DNA of 57,476 nt from a virus. Lineage: Duplodnaviria; Caudoviricetes. Each line of letters begins with the position of its first letter. Position 1 is the first letter of the stretch. Of this stretch, positions 56,352 to 57,476 are shown one piece after another. A model generated the notes under the pieces. The model was not told the origin of the DNA, searched no databases, and saw only the letters and a program-made list of their open reading frames with translations. The position numbers and the translations under genes are program-made. The DNA lies in the IMG/VR virus record IMGVR_UViG_3300024325_000004, positions 1 through 57,476 of that record; one strand, given 5' to 3'.

Positions 56352-57476
56352 CTACACCGTTCCGTTTGCATAGGTAACGGTAGTTATTGATTGTGTATAT
56401 TTTATGAACACACAATCATTATTCGCTGGCGATGATGGTAAATTAACTGTCAAAGAAACTAAAGATCCTGACGGATTTATAATATTATATTGATTATTTG
56501 TTAACGATATTGTCGCGCCAGTAGTAGGTGTAAAAATAATATGTGGCCTCGCTCCTATAGTGCCTAAACTGCCATCCGCAGCTATGTATTGTGAACTTGT
56601 GCCTATACCAGTTGAAGTTAAGTTTTTAGATGCGTCAGTAAAAACTACTTTGGAAGCAGTTAAGGCTGCTGAGTTTATAGTCCCGTCATCCTTAACTGAA
56701 TATTTACTTGTACCCGCTATCTGATAATCAACAAACTTAACTCCTCCTGAACCTGTTGCTGTTTCAGTTAAATTGGTTAACCAAGCCGTATAAGAAGCAG
56801 TCGAACTCTGGTTGAGGGTTTGAGTTAAATGCATCGGCGAAAATAAGCTAGTAGAGTTTGTAACCTGTCCTGGATTTATAAGTATACCGTCTCCCGAAGC
56901 ATTAAAAGTTCTCGATTGCAATAAATTAAATGAGGTATTATTTGTAGATGCCCTTATTACACTTGGGTTTACTTCAGTAGCTACAACTTGCCCTGCGCCG
57001 CTTGTAAATGTACTAATCCCCTGCGGATCAAAGATTGCTATTGTCGCCATTGTGCTGCTTCCAAATTGCCCCCTTATCACCATTTGCCCGTATTGGCCAC
57101 CACTTTGTAATGGTTGCCATCCAATATCACCCGATGAAGCAGCAGACGCGCCTAAGTCAGTTCTCCATTGACTGCCTGTAAATTGTATAAACGGACTCCA
57201 TTTCTGATTGCCTGATGTAGCTGCTGTAGCAGAACTGAACACAGTACCATAAGTTGCTGAAGCTGCTGTTGCCAAATTAACCGTAGGCGCAGCTGTCCAA
57301 GTATTAGGCTGCGCCAAATTCAAACCAACCGTTCTTGCTGTCGCCCCGGTATAAGAACCTGAAAAAGTTAAGGTTGCGTCAGTTGCCGTTAAGGCAGCAA
57401 GATTAGACCCTAAAGAAATACCACTAATCGTTGAGTTAGCTAAATTCCCATTAGGAAGTAATCCTGTCACATCCGC
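56352..57476 (-). CDS. Tail-fibre-like protein, 3' part (joins 1-2184); natural end probably at 56278 after a frameshift
   Basis: Continuous frame through the terminal repeat; C-terminal LTVNLPSSPANND fibre-tip motif. Confidence 0.8.
   Translation of the reverse strand, partial: ADVTGLLPNGNLANSTISGISLGSNLAALTATDATLTFSGSYTGATARTVGLNLAQPNTWTAAPTVNLATAASATYGTVFSSATAATSGNQKWSPFIQFTGSQWRTDLGASAASSGDIGWQPLQSGGQYGQMVIRGQFGSSTMATIAIFDPQGISTFTSGAGQVVATEVNPSVIRASTNNTSFNLLQSRTFNASGDGILINPGQVTNSTSLFSPMHLTQTLNQSSTASYTAWLTNLTETATGSGGVKFVDYQIAGTSKYSVKDDGTINSAALTASKVVFTDASKNLTSTGIGTSSQYIAADGSLGTIGARPHIIFTPTTGATISLTNNQYNIINPSGSLVSLTVNLPSSPANNDCVFIKYTQSITTVTYANGTV
57336..57476. repeat. Terminal direct repeat, right copy
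   Basis: Matches 1-141 with three substitutions. Confidence 0.95.

Noticed and set aside
56340-56354. Amber stop-codon reassignment at the fibre TAG
   Set aside because: In-frame TAA follows two codons later; TAG is a normal stop elsewhere (ssb, tail chaperone); genes are not fragmented under code 11.
54624-57476. Diversity-generating retroelement acting on the fibres
   Set aside because: No reverse transcriptase recognised; the terminal-repeat mismatches are synonymous and not an adenine-specific TR/VR pattern.
1-57476. Prophage or temperate lifestyle
   Set aside because: No integrase, ParA/B, CI-like repressor with peptidase domain, or host flanking genes recognised; lifestyle remains unproven.

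Overview
Apparently near-complete ~57.3-kb genome of a tailed (siphovirus-like) phage of a Bacteroidota host. Host inferred from TAnnTTTG promoter motifs, AT-rich leaders without Shine-Dalgarno, and signal peptides ending AQ. The two ends overlap by 141 nt inside a tail-fibre-like gene. The minus strand carries TerS, TerL, HK97-type portal, protease and capsid, neck genes, two tail-tube paralogues, a chaperone with a -1 frameshift, tape measure, fibres and lysis genes. Two oppositely oriented islands split the head module: an ~8-kb glycosyltransferase/FkbM island and a small-gene/PAPS-reductase island. An iteron-like origin precedes an APSE-type replication module (primase-helicase, VRR-NUC, SNF2, PolA, DUF2800, DUF2815 SSB, DEDDh exonuclease, ThyX) with four DNA methyltransferases and two defective tRNA-like elements. 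No integrase was recognised. The most striking unexplained signal is that eight unrelated early-region ORFs, two of them micro-ORFs, end in exactly Asp-Ile-Leu-stop, echoing the phage SSB tail (DDDIM). All family assignments come from motif recognition by eye, not database searches.
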